DNA of 40,000 bases from an uncultured Candidatus Nitrosotenuis sp. (GTDB lineage: Archaea > Thermoproteota > Nitrososphaeria > Nitrososphaerales > Nitrosopumilaceae), in contig CAZTUP010000006.1 in assembly GCA_964616415.1 (NCBI GenBank), forward strand, positions 155,129-195,128, given 5' to 3'. Position 1 is the first letter of the stretch; each line of letters opens with the position of its first letter. The position numbers and the translations under genes were made by a program. Of this stretch, positions 14,180 through 24,010 are shown piece by piece. The notes beneath the pieces are model-generated. The model saw only the letters and a program-made list of their open reading frames with translations. It had not been told where the DNA came from and did no database searches.

Positions 14180-17100
14180 GTGAGACGCATATTATTACTA
14201 GTACTTTCATACATTGTCATATTTACATCTGCCAGTCAAGCATTTGCAGCAACCGCGCCTGATCCACCAACTAATCTTACCGCTACCGCCGTCTCTGCAA
14301 CTCAGGTGAATCTTTTCTGGTCTACACCAGTTAATGATGGTGGTACCGGAGTTAACAGCTATAAAATTGAATACAAGATAGGATCTGGTAGCTATTCCAT
14401 TCTGGTTGCAAGCACTGGTGGGCCTACAACATATTATTCTCATACTGGTCTTACCAGCGGAAACACCTACACCTACAAAGTATCTGCAATCAATAACATC
14501 GGCACAGGCAATCCTTCATCAGAAGCATCTGCCACCCCAACATCATCCTCAACTGGTACTGCACCTGGTGCGCCAACCAGTCTGACTGGTGTTGCAGCAT
14601 CTCCGACTCAGGCAAATCTCTCTTGGACAGCACCGTCTAGCACAGGCGGTTATCCAATTACAGGTTACAAAATTGAATACAGAATAAGTTCTGGAAGTTA
14701 TTCTACTCTAGTGTCAAATACGGGTAGCACTGGCACCACATACTCACACACAGGACTAACCACAAACCAAGTCTATGTTTATCGCGTTTACACCATTACT
14801 CAATTTGGCACAAGTGAAAATTCATCAAATGAAGTGGTAGTACAACCGACTTCATCATCTGCACTCACTGCGCCAAACTCACCTACTGGAGTATCTGCAA
14901 CAGCGGTATCTCCAACTCAAATTAATCTCTCTTGGAATACACCCTCAAATAATGGCGGCTCGTCAATTACGGGTTACAAAATTGAGGTAAGATCTGGCTC
15001 TGGAACATTTTCAAACCTTGTGTCAAATACTGGCAGCACTGCAACCACGTATTCGCATACTGGACTAAGTACTGGTACAACCTACACCTACAAAATCTCT
15101 GCAATCAACAACATTGGCACTAGCTCCGCATCAGGCGAGGTCTCTGCAACTCCGACATCATCCTCATCATCTGGGACACCAAGTGCACCAACTGGACTAG
15201 TTGCAACTGCCATCTCTGGATCTCAAATCAACCTGTCTTGGTCTATTCCATCAAACAATGGTGGTTATGCAATTTCAGGATACAAAATTGAATACAAGAT
15301 AGGATCTGGCAGCTATTCGAATCTGGTATCTAACACCGGTACCACTGGAACAAGTTATTCTCATACTGGATTAACATCAGGACAGCTTTACACATATCGT
15401 GTTTCTGCAATAAATTCAATTGGCACTAGCTCCACATCAAGTGAGGCCTCTGCCACCCCAACATCATCATCTTCATCATCAAGTGTACCTGGAGCAGTAA
15501 CTGGTCTTACAGCAACATCTGCCTCCCCAACTCAAATCAATCTGTCGTGGGGTGCACCATCAAATAATGGAGGCTCTGCAGTTACTGGCTACAAAATCGA
15601 GGCCAAAAAGGGCTCTGGTGCCTTTGAAGTATTGGTTGCAAACTCGCAAAGCACAGCAACCTCGTTTTCGCATACTGGTCTTACCACTGGAACTCAATAT
15701 TACTATCGTGTATCTGCAATCAATTCTGTGGGATCTGGAACACAAAGTGAAGTCTCGGCAACACCAAAAGATACTACTACTCCAACAGTTACTGCAACTG
15801 CAATATCTCCTACTGCAATCACGCTTACATGGGTTGCACCATCTCAGACATACAAGCAGTCAATCACAGGTTACAAAATTGAAGAAAAAATTGCTCAGGA
15901 CAGCTATAGTGTAATTCAGGACAATGCTGGCACTGCTACAAGTTATACTATAACAGGCCTCACAACAGGCAAAACCTACACTTATGTTGTATCTGCGTAT
16001 TTTACGCTCGGTGCCAGTCCAAGATCTGCTGATGCCTCAGCCACCCCATTGAGTACCTCAAACGCATCACCGCCGTCACAAGCAACTAGTACAACTGTAA
16101 ATCCACCAACAAACCTAGTCGCAACCGCAGTCTCTCCAACTCAAATCAATCTCTCATGGAATGCGCCATCCACTAGCAATACTGTTGTTGGTTACAAAAT
16201 TGAGGTCAAAAAAGGTCCAGCACAATTTGAAACACTTACACCGAGCACACAAAACTCTACCACAAAATACTCGCATACCAATCTAGTTACCGGTACTGTG
16301 CATGTTTATCGCGTTTACACAATCACATCGTCTGGAACTAGTCTTGCATCATCAGAAGCCTCCGCTACTCCTACTACATCAACTGTAGAGACTCCACCGC
16401 CGATAAACGCAAAACCACCATCACCACCGACACTATCTGCAAATCTTGCCTCCCCAACTCAGATCAATCTTTACTGGTCAACTCCATCAAACACTGGAGG
16501 TGCTACTGTTACTGGATACAAAATTGAATACAAAATAGGACAGGACTCGTATCGTACACTGACTAGTAAAACACCAAACACAACATATTCACATACTGGG
16601 TTACTTGCAAACACATATTCTTACAGAATCTATGCAATCAATCCCGCTGGAATGAGTGTTGCATCAAATGAAGTCTCTATCAAAACTGCCGATCCTCCAA
16701 AACCAGTAGAAGAAAAACCAGATCCAACAAAGTGCGGGGTAGGAACTGTATTTGATGATGCAACCGAAACATGTGTGCTTGCTACTGAGCCAGAACCAGA
16801 GCCAGAATCTGAAACTCCGACCACTCATATTCCTGGATTCCCAGATCCAACAAAAGACCCACAATCATACGTAGAGAGATACAACTCTGAGGCTGCATTC
16901 AAGTCGTGGTTTGACAACAATTTCCCAGGAAAAACAATCTATGAAGTAGTCGGTGTACCAGAACCAGAGCCAGCAGAATTACAATGCGGTGCTGGAACAC
17001 ATGTTGAAAAAGGCGTTTGTGTTGCGGACAAAAATGACGGTCCTCTTGGTGGTGGCTGTTTGATTGCAACTGCGGCATATGACTCTGAACTCACACCCCA

Positions 17101-17443
17101 AGTCCAACTACTCAGAGAGGTAAGGGATAATGTCCTGTTCAGCACCGGAGCAGGTACAACATTCATGACTGGCTTTAACGACTTTTACTATACATTCAGC
17201 CCTGCAGTGGCAGACTTGGAAAGACAAAGCCCACTGTTCAAAGAAGTAGTAAAGACTGCAATCACTCCAATGCTATCAACACTATCAATTCTGAATTATG
17301 TTGACATTGATTCCGAGCAAGAAATGCTCGGATACGGAATCGGAATTATTCTACTAAATATGGGAATTTACTTTGTTGTACCAGCATTTTTAATTATTAT
17401 AATCAAGGGTAAAATCAAAACCGAATATTTCAAGAAATCTTAA
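14180..17443 (+). CDS. Large secreted/surface protein: signal peptide, 8 fibronectin type III domains, Pro/Glu linkers, conserved 'CLIATAAY' C-terminal domain and TM anchor
   Basis: 1087 aa with a GTG start. The signal peptide is 'MRRILLLVLSYIVIFTSASQAFA'. Eight ~100-aa repeats each carry 'PTxLxAxAxSxTQINLSWxxPxxxGGxxxxGYKIEY...YSHTGLxxGxxYxYRVxAxN'. The C-terminus is 'GGGCLIATAAYDSELTPQVQLLREVRDN...' followed by a hydrophobic helix. Confidence 0.9.
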   Translation: MRRILLLVLSYIVIFTSASQAFAATAPDPPTNLTATAVSATQVNLFWSTPVNDGGTGVNSYKIEYKIGSGSYSILVASTGGPTTYYSHTGLTSGNTYTYKVSAINNIGTGNPSSEASATPTSSSTGTAPGAPTSLTGVAASPTQANLSWTAPSSTGGYPITGYKIEYRISSGSYSTLVSNTGSTGTTYSHTGLTTNQVYVYRVYTITQFGTSENSSNEVVVQPTSSSALTAPNSPTGVSATAVSPTQINLSWNTPSNNGGSSITGYKIEVRSGSGTFSNLVSNTGSTATTYSHTGLSTGTTYTYKISAINNIGTSSASGEVSATPTSSSSSGTPSAPTGLVATAISGSQINLSWSIPSNNGGYAISGYKIEYKIGSGSYSNLVSNTGTTGTSYSHTGLTSGQLYTYRVSAINSIGTSSTSSEASATPTSSSSSSSVPGAVTGLTATSASPTQINLSWGAPSNNGGSAVTGYKIEAKKGSGAFEVLVANSQSTATSFSHTGLTTGTQYYYRVSAINSVGSGTQSEVSATPKDTTTPTVTATAISPTAITLTWVAPSQTYKQSITGYKIEEKIAQDSYSVIQDNAGTATSYTITGLTTGKTYTYVVSAYFTLGASPRSADASATPLSTSNASPPSQATSTTVNPPTNLVATAVSPTQINLSWNAPSTSNTVVGYKIEVKKGPAQFETLTPSTQNSTTKYSHTNLVTGTVHVYRVYTITSSGTSLASSEASATPTTSTVETPPPINAKPPSPPTLSANLASPTQINLYWSTPSNTGGATVTGYKIEYKIGQDSYRTLTSKTPNTTYSHTGLLANTYSYRIYAINPAGMSVASNEVSIKTADPPKPVEEKPDPTKCGVGTVFDDATETCVLATEPEPEPESETPTTHIPGFPDPTKDPQSYVERYNSEAAFKSWFDNNFPGKTIYEVVGVPEPEPAELQCGAGTHVEKGVCVADKNDGPLGGGCLIATAAYDSELTPQVQLLREVRDNVLFSTGAGTTFMTGFNDFYYTFSPAVADLERQSPLFKEVVKTAITPMLSTLSILNYVDIDSEQEMLGYGIGIILLNMGIYFVVPAFLIIIIKGKIKTEYFKKS
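14255..16709 (+). repeat. Eight tandem ~300-bp coding repeats (FN3 modules)
   Basis: 'caaatcaatct(c/g)tc(t/g)tgg' and 'ggttacaaaattga' recur with a ~300-309 bp period. The repeats are diverged copies, not identical. Confidence 0.8.
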
Positions 17444-17470
17444 ATCTCATTCTGCATTAATGGTACCAAC

Positions 17471-17908
17471 GTGAGCATAATTGGAATTGTACTTGTAATA
17501 TTGCTTTCAATGTCACTGTTTGCAGCAAATAACGTTGAGGCAAATATTGAGCCCAAGTCAAAACACTCTGTAAAAAATGACCTCAAGGAATTAAAATCAA
17601 CTTTTGGTGATAAATCAATCAAAATTACAAAAATATCAAAATCAAGAACCCTGCATATTTGGCATATTGTGGAAGTACAAGTTTGTGCTGGTGTGGACAA
17701 GCTTTACTCACCTGATCTGGAATTGCGCTCTGATAGAGACTTGATTCAGGTGACTCTTTGGGGCCTGATAATGCCTAATTCTTGTAAATCTGGCCAGTTT
17801 TTCATTGCAGCTGACGATCCAAACTCGATATCTGTGAATTTTTCTAGTCAGAATCATCGTGAACCAACAAGTAATTCTAAATCGCCGATAGGAAACAAAT
17901 CCAGATAA
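17471..17908 (+). CDS. Hypothetical secreted/membrane-anchored protein
   Basis: 145 aa with a GTG start and an N-terminal hydrophobic segment 'IIGIVLVILLSMSLFAA'. Confidence 0.5.
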   Translation: MSIIGIVLVILLSMSLFAANNVEANIEPKSKHSVKNDLKELKSTFGDKSIKITKISKSRTLHIWHIVEVQVCAGVDKLYSPDLELRSDRDLIQVTLWGLIMPNSCKSGQFFIAADDPNSISVNFSSQNHREPTSNSKSPIGNKSR

Positions 17909-17947
17909 ATAATAAAATCATACAAGATTTGAACTGGGATCTAAAAA

Positions 17948-18094
17948 ATGAAAAAATCTGAATTGAACAAACTAGTTCAGGAATATCGTGTTTTGCAGGC
18001 AAAGATCTCCAAAAAACATGATCCAAGAGTTATGATGCGTCTCAAGGAGATTGAGCATCGATATTATCATGAAACCGGGAATCAACTAACGTGA
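17948..18094 (+). CDS. Possible small helical protein, 48 aa (not in the ORF track)
   Basis: Hand translation gives MKKSELNKLVQEYRVLQAKISKKHDPRVMMRLKEIEHRYYHETGNQLT. It fills an otherwise empty 226-bp gap. Confidence 0.3.
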   Translation: MKKSELNKLVQEYRVLQAKISKKHDPRVMMRLKEIEHRYYHETGNQLT

Positions 18095-18134
18095 TCACAA
18101 GTTTGAAAAACCCCATCACTACGATATCAGACAC

Positions 18135-18914
18135 ATGAGAAAAGTATTCTATGTTGTAATTGCAATAATTTGCGTCATTGTGTCTTACTATATTGTATCT
18201 GTGTTTGTTCTGCAACAACAATCAATAAACAAACAATCAGTTTACGTGCATTTGGAGCCGGGATGGAATAGCTATCCTGGCAACATTGTATATGAGATAA
18301 CAAATGTCTGGTCACAAAATGAAAAAACACCACTCAGCTCTGAGGCAAGACTGGAAATTTCAAAACAAAACAATGTTGATGAGATACGATATACACACCA
18401 AAAGCCGTACATTCTTGTGCAAAACAGTAATACGAACTGCCATGATTCTTGGGAACCTCACTATGCAAGGTTTGGCGCTGATGTTATACGCCATCAAATA
18501 GAATATGTGAGTGGCGTGCAAACAAGCCCAGATCCAAACATTGTATTGTATAATCCGCAGCCAAGCATGCAAGATTCAACTGAACACGAATTACAGATAA
18601 AATTCGGATATTCTCAGTTTATCCCGATTTGCACCTCAAAAAATGTTACATCGTTTGATTATGCCGTTAAAATCAACGACAATACCGTTGGTTTTGATGT
18701 TTATTTTGTTCCATCAATTGAACAGCAGGAAAACTTTGATCAAAACAATGGCAACTTTGAGCATTATTCTGATGGCCAGTGCTTTGGTACAAATTATGAG
18801 CGATTCTCTGGTACGTGCAATAACGTATCAAAAGATTCTGGCTTGTTGATCATTTTGCCCGATAATCTGAATTTACCTCTTACAAAACTAGAGATCTGGC
18901 TCTATGAAAAATAA
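18135..18914 (+). CDS. Hypothetical membrane-anchored extracellular protein
   Basis: 259 aa with an N-terminal TM 'VFYVVIAIICVIVSYYIVSVFVL'. The remainder is hydrophilic and contains Cys residues. Confidence 0.55.
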   Translation: MRKVFYVVIAIICVIVSYYIVSVFVLQQQSINKQSVYVHLEPGWNSYPGNIVYEITNVWSQNEKTPLSSEARLEISKQNNVDEIRYTHQKPYILVQNSNTNCHDSWEPHYARFGADVIRHQIEYVSGVQTSPDPNIVLYNPQPSMQDSTEHELQIKFGYSQFIPICTSKNVTSFDYAVKINDNTVGFDVYFVPSIEQQENFDQNNGNFEHYSDGQCFGTNYERFSGTCNNVSKDSGLLIILPDNLNLPLTKLEIWLYEK

Positions 18915-18941
18915 TTTGGATAATCATTTTAATTCTGGTTC

Positions 18942-19415
18942 GTGACATATGATATCATGAAGGCAACGTTTGGAGCCGGTTGTTTTTGGTGTGTTGAGGA
19001 CATTTTTAGAAATACAAAAGGCGTTAAATCTACAATGGTTGGATATGGCGGAGGACACACAAAAAATCCGACATATGAACAAGTCTGCACTGATGAAACC
19101 GGACATGCTGAACTAGTCCAAGTGGAATTTGATCCAAATGAATTGTCTTATGAACAATTATTGGATGTATTTTGGAATTCGCACGATCCAACTCAGTTAA
19201 ATCGGCAAGGACCAGACATTGGAACACAATACCGCTCTGCAATATTTTGCCATGATTCAGAACAAGAAAAAATTGCCAACATGTCAAAACAAAAACAAGA
19301 AAATTCTGGCAAATTTAACAAAAAAATTGTCACTGAGATCAAGGCAGCACCAGAATTTTACAAAGCAGAAGAATACCACCAAAAATATTATGTTAAATGT
19401 GGAATTTCTAGATAA
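18942..19415 (+). CDS. msrA: Peptide-methionine (S)-S-oxide reductase
   Basis: 'GAGCFWCVE' is the catalytic motif, and '[32 protein letters not shown]' follows. The start may be the ATG at 18957. Confidence 0.92.
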   Translation: MTYDIMKATFGAGCFWCVEDIFRNTKGVKSTMVGYGGGHTKNPTYEQVCTDETGHAELVQVEFDPNELSYEQLLDVFWNSHDPTQLNRQGPDIGTQYRSAIFCHDSEQEKIANMSKQKQENSGKFNKKIVTEIKAAPEFYKAEEYHQKYYVKCGISR

Positions 19416-19533
19416 TTTCTACGTGAGCCTTTAATACAAAATTTACAAATCTATCTTAGTAGATGGGATTAATGCCGGACTCTGGCAAGTAATTGCCATC
19501 CCATCTATAAAAAATCCAACTGAGAAATCATTA

Positions 19534-19731
19534 GTGAATCTTTTAAGCAAATATTTGTGCCATTTAACCATGTCCGCGGATTCAGTGATAATGCTTCCAC
19601 CATATTGGTTTGATACTGAAAATGTAGAGCACACATCACTTAAATCAAGAATTATGGAATTAGAACGACTACGCGATGCGATAATTGATGAGATCAACTA
19701 CCTTAAATCCACACCTGCTGATATTGTGTAG
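19534..19731 (+). CDS. Hypothetical small protein; strand choice uncertain
   Basis: 65-aa ORF with a helical tail 'SRIMELERLRDAIIDEINYLK'. It is followed by a hairpin plus T-run at 19758-19777. It competes with the antisense ORF 19443..19697. Confidence 0.3.
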   Translation: MNLLSKYLCHLTMSADSVIMLPPYWFDTENVEHTSLKSRIMELERLRDAIIDEINYLKSTPADIV

Positions 19732-19757
19732 ATCTGGTCTTATTGTCATACCATCAT

Positions 19758-19777
19758 AATGGAACGTTTCCATTTTT
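19758..19777 (+). terminator. Hairpin (7-bp stem) followed by a T-run
   Basis: 'aatggaa cgt ttccatt ttt' was read directly from the sequence. Its role as an archaeal terminator is inferred only. Confidence 0.25.
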
Positions 19778-19959
19778 GGTATTTTATAGTTAGTTTTATC
19801 TTAATCTCATATTGATGTTGAATTCATGAAATGTAAGCAGTGTGGCAAGGATTTCAAAAATAGGGCATCAAATTATTGCTCGACTACCTGTGCTGTAAAA
19901 CACGTAGAAAGTCACGACGAAGATTAGTTTATCAAGATCGTTTTAGGAATTTGTATTTG

Positions 19960-20352
19960 ATGCTCAGATATGTCGTATTTGCATTGTTTATTTGTAGCCT
20001 GACTGGGATATCGTATGCTCAAGAGGGAATAAAACTAGGACAAACTCCTGATACAAAGACAATCGAGGTCGGCAAACAAGCCCAAATTGCGGCGGATCTA
20101 AAAAATAATCAAGACTTTGAGCAAGAATTTGCATATATCGTTCAAGTACAAAATGAAAGTGGTGTAACTGTGTCTTTGGCATGGATTACTGGAACACTGG
20201 CACCTGCACAATCATTTTCCCCATCATTATCATGGACACCAACTGAAGCTGGAAAATATGAGGCGACCATCTTTGTATGGGAAAGCATTGAGAATCCATC
20301 AGCACTATCACCGACATTATTACTGAAAATAAACGCAGGACAAGACGTTTAG
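19960..20352 (+). CDS. Hypothetical secreted protein
   Basis: The start is trimmed to the ATG at 19960, giving the signal-like 'MLRYVVFALFICSLTGISYAQE'. The longer track ORF (19876) begins with an implausible basic leader. Confidence 0.55.
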   Translation: MLRYVVFALFICSLTGISYAQEGIKLGQTPDTKTIEVGKQAQIAADLKNNQDFEQEFAYIVQVQNESGVTVSLAWITGTLAPAQSFSPSLSWTPTEAGKYEATIFVWESIENPSALSPTLLLKINAGQDV

Positions 20353-20362
20353 GTCTGATATC

Positions 20363-20728
20363 ATGGAATTAATTTTTGAAAAACAAGTTTCTGATGTACG
20401 AGGAACGATACTTTTTCTAAAATATGGTTCAAAAAGCATCAATATTGTAGAAATAAAAAAAGGATTTTCTCGTGGCGGGCATTATCACAGCTTTGAAACA
20501 AGGCATCATATCTTATCTGGGACAATAGAATACAAAGAAAAAAACATCCAAACAAATCAAGAAACTACCAAAATCATACATGCTCCTGCAGTGATAACCG
20601 TTCCATCAATGGCAGCTCATCTTCTTACTGCACTGAATGACACTTTATTTGCTGAAGAGATAGGTGAAAACTATTCTGCAACAGAGTATCCTGAATATCG
20701 TAACCTTGTCACACAAAAAATGACATGA
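20363..20728 (+). CDS. Cupin-fold protein (WxcM/sugar-ketoisomerase-like C-terminal domain type)
   Basis: 121 aa. 'VRGTILFLKYG...IKKGFSRGGHYHSFETRHHILSGTIEY' is a cupin His cluster. Confidence 0.5.
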   Translation: MELIFEKQVSDVRGTILFLKYGSKSINIVEIKKGFSRGGHYHSFETRHHILSGTIEYKEKNIQTNQETTKIIHAPAVITVPSMAAHLLTALNDTLFAEEIGENYSATEYPEYRNLVTQKMT

Positions 20729-21222
20729 CATATTCTATCTGGTTGATGCCAACAAAACGCGATGCCAAACGTCTAAACCAAATAATCAAAAATTTATCAC
20801 AAAAATACAATGCGCCAAAATTTGAAGCACACATGACTATACTCAGTGGAATCAGTTCTCTGAACAAAGCAAAACACATCATTGACACGAATCAATTCTA
20901 TATCATAACTGCAAAAAAATTTGGAATTGGACATTCTGATTATGTCTGGAAGACCATATTCATTAGAATAAAAAAAGAAAAATCATTACATAACATTCAT
21001 CAGATTTTTGCAAAAAACCTCAAAACTAAATACAAATTTCAACCACACATTAGTCTAATTTACAAAAATCTTGATTCTGCAACAAAAAGAAAAATCATCG
21101 CATCTCTGAATGTAAAAAAGTCATTTAGTTTTGATAAAATCACAATAATCAAATCCTCAAAAAATACATCAAAATGGAAAAAACAATACACAGTAAGGCT
21201 AAATGCGACTAGACATGCCTGA
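20725..21222 (+). CDS. 2H phosphoesterase superfamily protein (LigT/cyclic phosphodiesterase-like)
   Basis: 165 aa with two HxT/S motifs, 'EAHMTILSG' and 'QPHISLIYK'. The start overlaps the upstream stop as ATGA. Confidence 0.65.
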   Translation: MTYSIWLMPTKRDAKRLNQIIKNLSQKYNAPKFEAHMTILSGISSLNKAKHIIDTNQFYIITAKKFGIGHSDYVWKTIFIRIKKEKSLHNIHQIFAKNLKTKYKFQPHISLIYKNLDSATKRKIIASLNVKKSFSFDKITIIKSSKNTSKWKKQYTVRLNATRHA

Positions 21223-21289
21223 TTTGTAAAATTTAGTAAATCTCTGAGGTCTTAAAATACCAGCCCTACATACAAAAAAGGAACTAGGT

Positions 21290-22729
21290 ATGGCTAGATT
21301 GACTCCAGCAGAAACTAGAGCGTTTGTAGAAAAACTATTGTTATCTGGAAATGGTGATGCTGGACGACTAACTCACATCCTAAATGTTATCAAAGAAGGT
21401 AGGACTCTATACAACTCTGATCAAAAATATCTTGATGCCAAGTTTGCACAAGAAATTGGTCTACAAGAAAAACTCAAAGTAGAAGTTGACGTACTCACAA
21501 AAATTCAAAAATTAATCTCATCTGGCAGTGGTGATACTGGACGGTTGCAGTTCATTTTGGAATTCCTTAAACAAGGAAAAACACTATACCGCACTGATCA
21601 ACAATATCTAGAATCCAAGTTAGGTGAGAAAATAAACTATGATGAGATCCTTCCTGCAAAGCAAGACTCTAATCAAACAATTGAAAATCTAAAATCTCAG
21701 GTATCTTGGGCAAATCAGAAAATCACAAACCTCGAATCACTCATCAATGAAAAAATAACACACATTCAGCCTGACATTCGTAAGCCTCAGGGAACGTTAC
21801 CAAAAGGCTGGCAGGAACAAACCACGAATCTCGAACAAATACAAAAACAACTCTTATCTGAACAGTCTAAACTGGATCATGAGAAAACCGAGGCAGAGAA
21901 AATCCGTATAGAACAATCAAAGATAATGCAGATAATCCTTGATAGGCAAGAATTTGAAAAACAGGTCAAAATTGAACAAGAACAACTCAAAAAACAAATC
22001 GAACAAGAGCGTCAAAATATGCAAAAACAGACAAGGCTAATCGAGCAGATAAAGTTACAAGAGTCTGAATTGGAAACTGCCAAAAAAGAACGCGATATCA
22101 TAATTGCACAGCTACAAAAAGAACAAGCGGAAATTGCCCACCAGGCAGAATTAGAGCGTGCACGCTTATCTGAGCAGGCACAAGTTGCAAAAAAACTCCA
22201 GTTAGAAAAGGAACAACTAGAAGAAATCAAATCACAAAATCAAAAAATCACAGAACAGGCAAAATTCGAAGAACGCCAATTAGAAGAGCAAGTTAAACAA
22301 GAAAAAACAAAATTAGCAGCACAAACAAAACTACTCAAAACAGTTTCAAGATATGAAAAACTCTTAGAATCATCAAAACAAAAACAAGCATTACTCTCAG
22401 AACAAATCATACAACAAAAGAAAAAACTTGCAACTACTACACCATCGATATCTCAAATTAAGTCAGATCAAGCTCTATTGGATGAGGTATTAGCACAACG
22501 AGCAGATCTTGAAAAACACATTAGTGTAGCACAATCAGAATTGCGCTCAATAAAAAAGGAAAAGACCTTGATTGAAAAACAGATCAGGTCTCAAAAACTA
22601 GCTATATCTAGGGAAACGAAAAAAGAAACAGCCAAAATAAAACAACTAGAAAGAAAAAGAAGAGCAGTTGCAAAAGCAATCCACACTGAATCATCTCAGA
22701 TTAAAAAAATTGGCAAGAATTTACAGTAA
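21290..22729 (+). CDS. Long coiled-coil protein with a duplicated N-terminal ~40-aa module
   Basis: 479 aa. 'SGNGDAGRLTHILNVIKEGRTLYNSDQKYLDAKF' and 'SGSGDTGRLQFILEFLKQGKTLYRTDQQYLESKL' are followed by ~330 aa of Q/E/K-rich heptad-like sequence. Confidence 0.7.
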   Translation: MARLTPAETRAFVEKLLLSGNGDAGRLTHILNVIKEGRTLYNSDQKYLDAKFAQEIGLQEKLKVEVDVLTKIQKLISSGSGDTGRLQFILEFLKQGKTLYRTDQQYLESKLGEKINYDEILPAKQDSNQTIENLKSQVSWANQKITNLESLINEKITHIQPDIRKPQGTLPKGWQEQTTNLEQIQKQLLSEQSKLDHEKTEAEKIRIEQSKIMQIILDRQEFEKQVKIEQEQLKKQIEQERQNMQKQTRLIEQIKLQESELETAKKERDIIIAQLQKEQAEIAHQAELERARLSEQAQVAKKLQLEKEQLEEIKSQNQKITEQAKFEERQLEEQVKQEKTKLAAQTKLLKTVSRYEKLLESSKQKQALLSEQIIQQKKKLATTTPSISQIKSDQALLDEVLAQRADLEKHISVAQSELRSIKKEKTLIEKQIRSQKLAISRETKKETAKIKQLERKRRAVAKAIHTESSQIKKIGKNLQ

Positions 22730-23341
22730 CTATGAGACTCTAATTGTAATCTCTTGACCGTATCCTAACGGTATTGTTCCAGTGACTATGTTTTTCTTTG
22801 ATTTGATATGTTTTGTATATCTCTGCATGAATTTTTGATATTTTTCTGGCAGCAAAATGTTGTCTGTTGCAATTATTCCGCCAATTTTTACCATTGGTAG
22901 AACAAGATCAAAGTATTTCTTGACGTTTTCCTTGTCGGCATCAATTAGTACAAAATCAAAGATTTCTTTTTCTGGCATGCTCTTTAGTATGTCAAGAATT
23001 AATCCATGCCTGATTCTGATGAATTTTGAGACTTGTGCTGCCTTAAAGTTAGCCAATGCCATCTTTATTTTAATTGGATTTTGCTCGATTGTAATTATTC
23101 TTGGATTCTTATGGTGACGTAGTGCTGCGTCAGTAAAATACAGTGTAGAATAACCAACAGACATTCCAAGTTCAAGAATATTTTTTGCTCGTATTCCATC
23201 TATTATTTTATGATAAAACCATGCGGTTTCTGGAGTTATTGCCAGCATTCTTTTTTCTGGCTCTGTAATAATCCGACGTGTTTTCTCCAAAATTGATTGT
23301 TTTTCAAGTTGCATCAAAACAGTTTGAATAGATTTCTTCAA
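22730..23341 (-). CDS. Class I SAM-dependent O-methyltransferase (caffeoyl-CoA OMT-like family)
   Basis: 203 aa with a TTG start. 'ILELGMSVGYSTLYF' is SAM motif I, and 'FDFVLIDADKENVKKYFDLVLPMVKIGGIIATDNIL' follows. Confidence 0.75.
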   Translation of the reverse strand: MKKSIQTVLMQLEKQSILEKTRRIITEPEKRMLAITPETAWFYHKIIDGIRAKNILELGMSVGYSTLYFTDAALRHHKNPRIITIEQNPIKIKMALANFKAAQVSKFIRIRHGLILDILKSMPEKEIFDFVLIDADKENVKKYFDLVLPMVKIGGIIATDNILLPEKYQKFMQRYTKHIKSKKNIVTGTIPLGYGQEITIRVS

Positions 23342-23447
23342 CTAACACTCTATGTTTTCAGAGATTATATTTTTTGAAAAATTGATCCATAAGTGACAAT
23401 GGTCAGTCTAAACCAATTATATTTGGCCAAGATCGAGTCTTAGAAAA

Positions 23448-23828
23448 TTGAATGTTTACAAACGTGCTACACACATGGAAATCGTAGAAGATATCATTGG
23501 AATCGATCCTGTGATGAGGTTTGCCGCAATCATTGATCTAAATGGAAACATTTTGGAATCGATAATGCGAAAAGGAAAAACCTCATTAAAAACACAAAAA
23601 GAAGAAGAGCACTTTTGCAAACAAGTGGCACAAAGACGCAAAATGAGACAGGAATTCAATAAATCATTGGGTATGGTACGATACGTCCAAGTGGAACGTG
23701 AAAAGGTAACACAATTAGTTATCTACCCAAAAAGAAAAACGGTCTATTTTACGCTAGAACCAGAAGTAAGTGCCACTAAGAAAATGAACATCATAAACAA
23801 GGCAAAAAAAATCACCGCACATCTTTAG
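23448..23828 (+). CDS. Hypothetical protein
   Basis: 126-aa ORF starting at TTG 23448 or ATG 23475. No confident motif. Confidence 0.5.
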   Translation: MNVYKRATHMEIVEDIIGIDPVMRFAAIIDLNGNILESIMRKGKTSLKTQKEEEHFCKQVAQRRKMRQEFNKSLGMVRYVQVEREKVTQLVIYPKRKTVYFTLEPEVSATKKMNIINKAKKITAHL

Positions 23829-24010
23829 AGATTTTTTGTTTTGAACAGACTATACATTACATGATGTGAAATTTACCGTATCTCATGGATGTTCAACATG
23901 TTGTGGCACTTTTGGGAGGTGCCGTGGCACTTTCGATATTCATTCCACTTGTAATTGGCTATTTGCTTGACTAGCTTTAAAATAAATACTGAACATCTCT
24001 GATTTTTGAC

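Noticed and set aside
14207-17166. Internal and antisense ORFs in the FN3 gene, and the possibility that its ~300-bp periodicity is a CRISPR or satellite array
   Set aside because: The periodicity matches FN3 domain length in one continuous 1087-aa frame with a signal peptide. The repeats are diverged and have no unique spacers. The other ORFs are shadows.
19443-19697. Minus-strand 84-aa ORF
   Set aside because: It is Ser/Ile-rich and low-complexity, and it overlaps a plus-strand ORF with a more protein-like helical segment and a downstream hairpin plus T-run. The strand choice remains low confidence.
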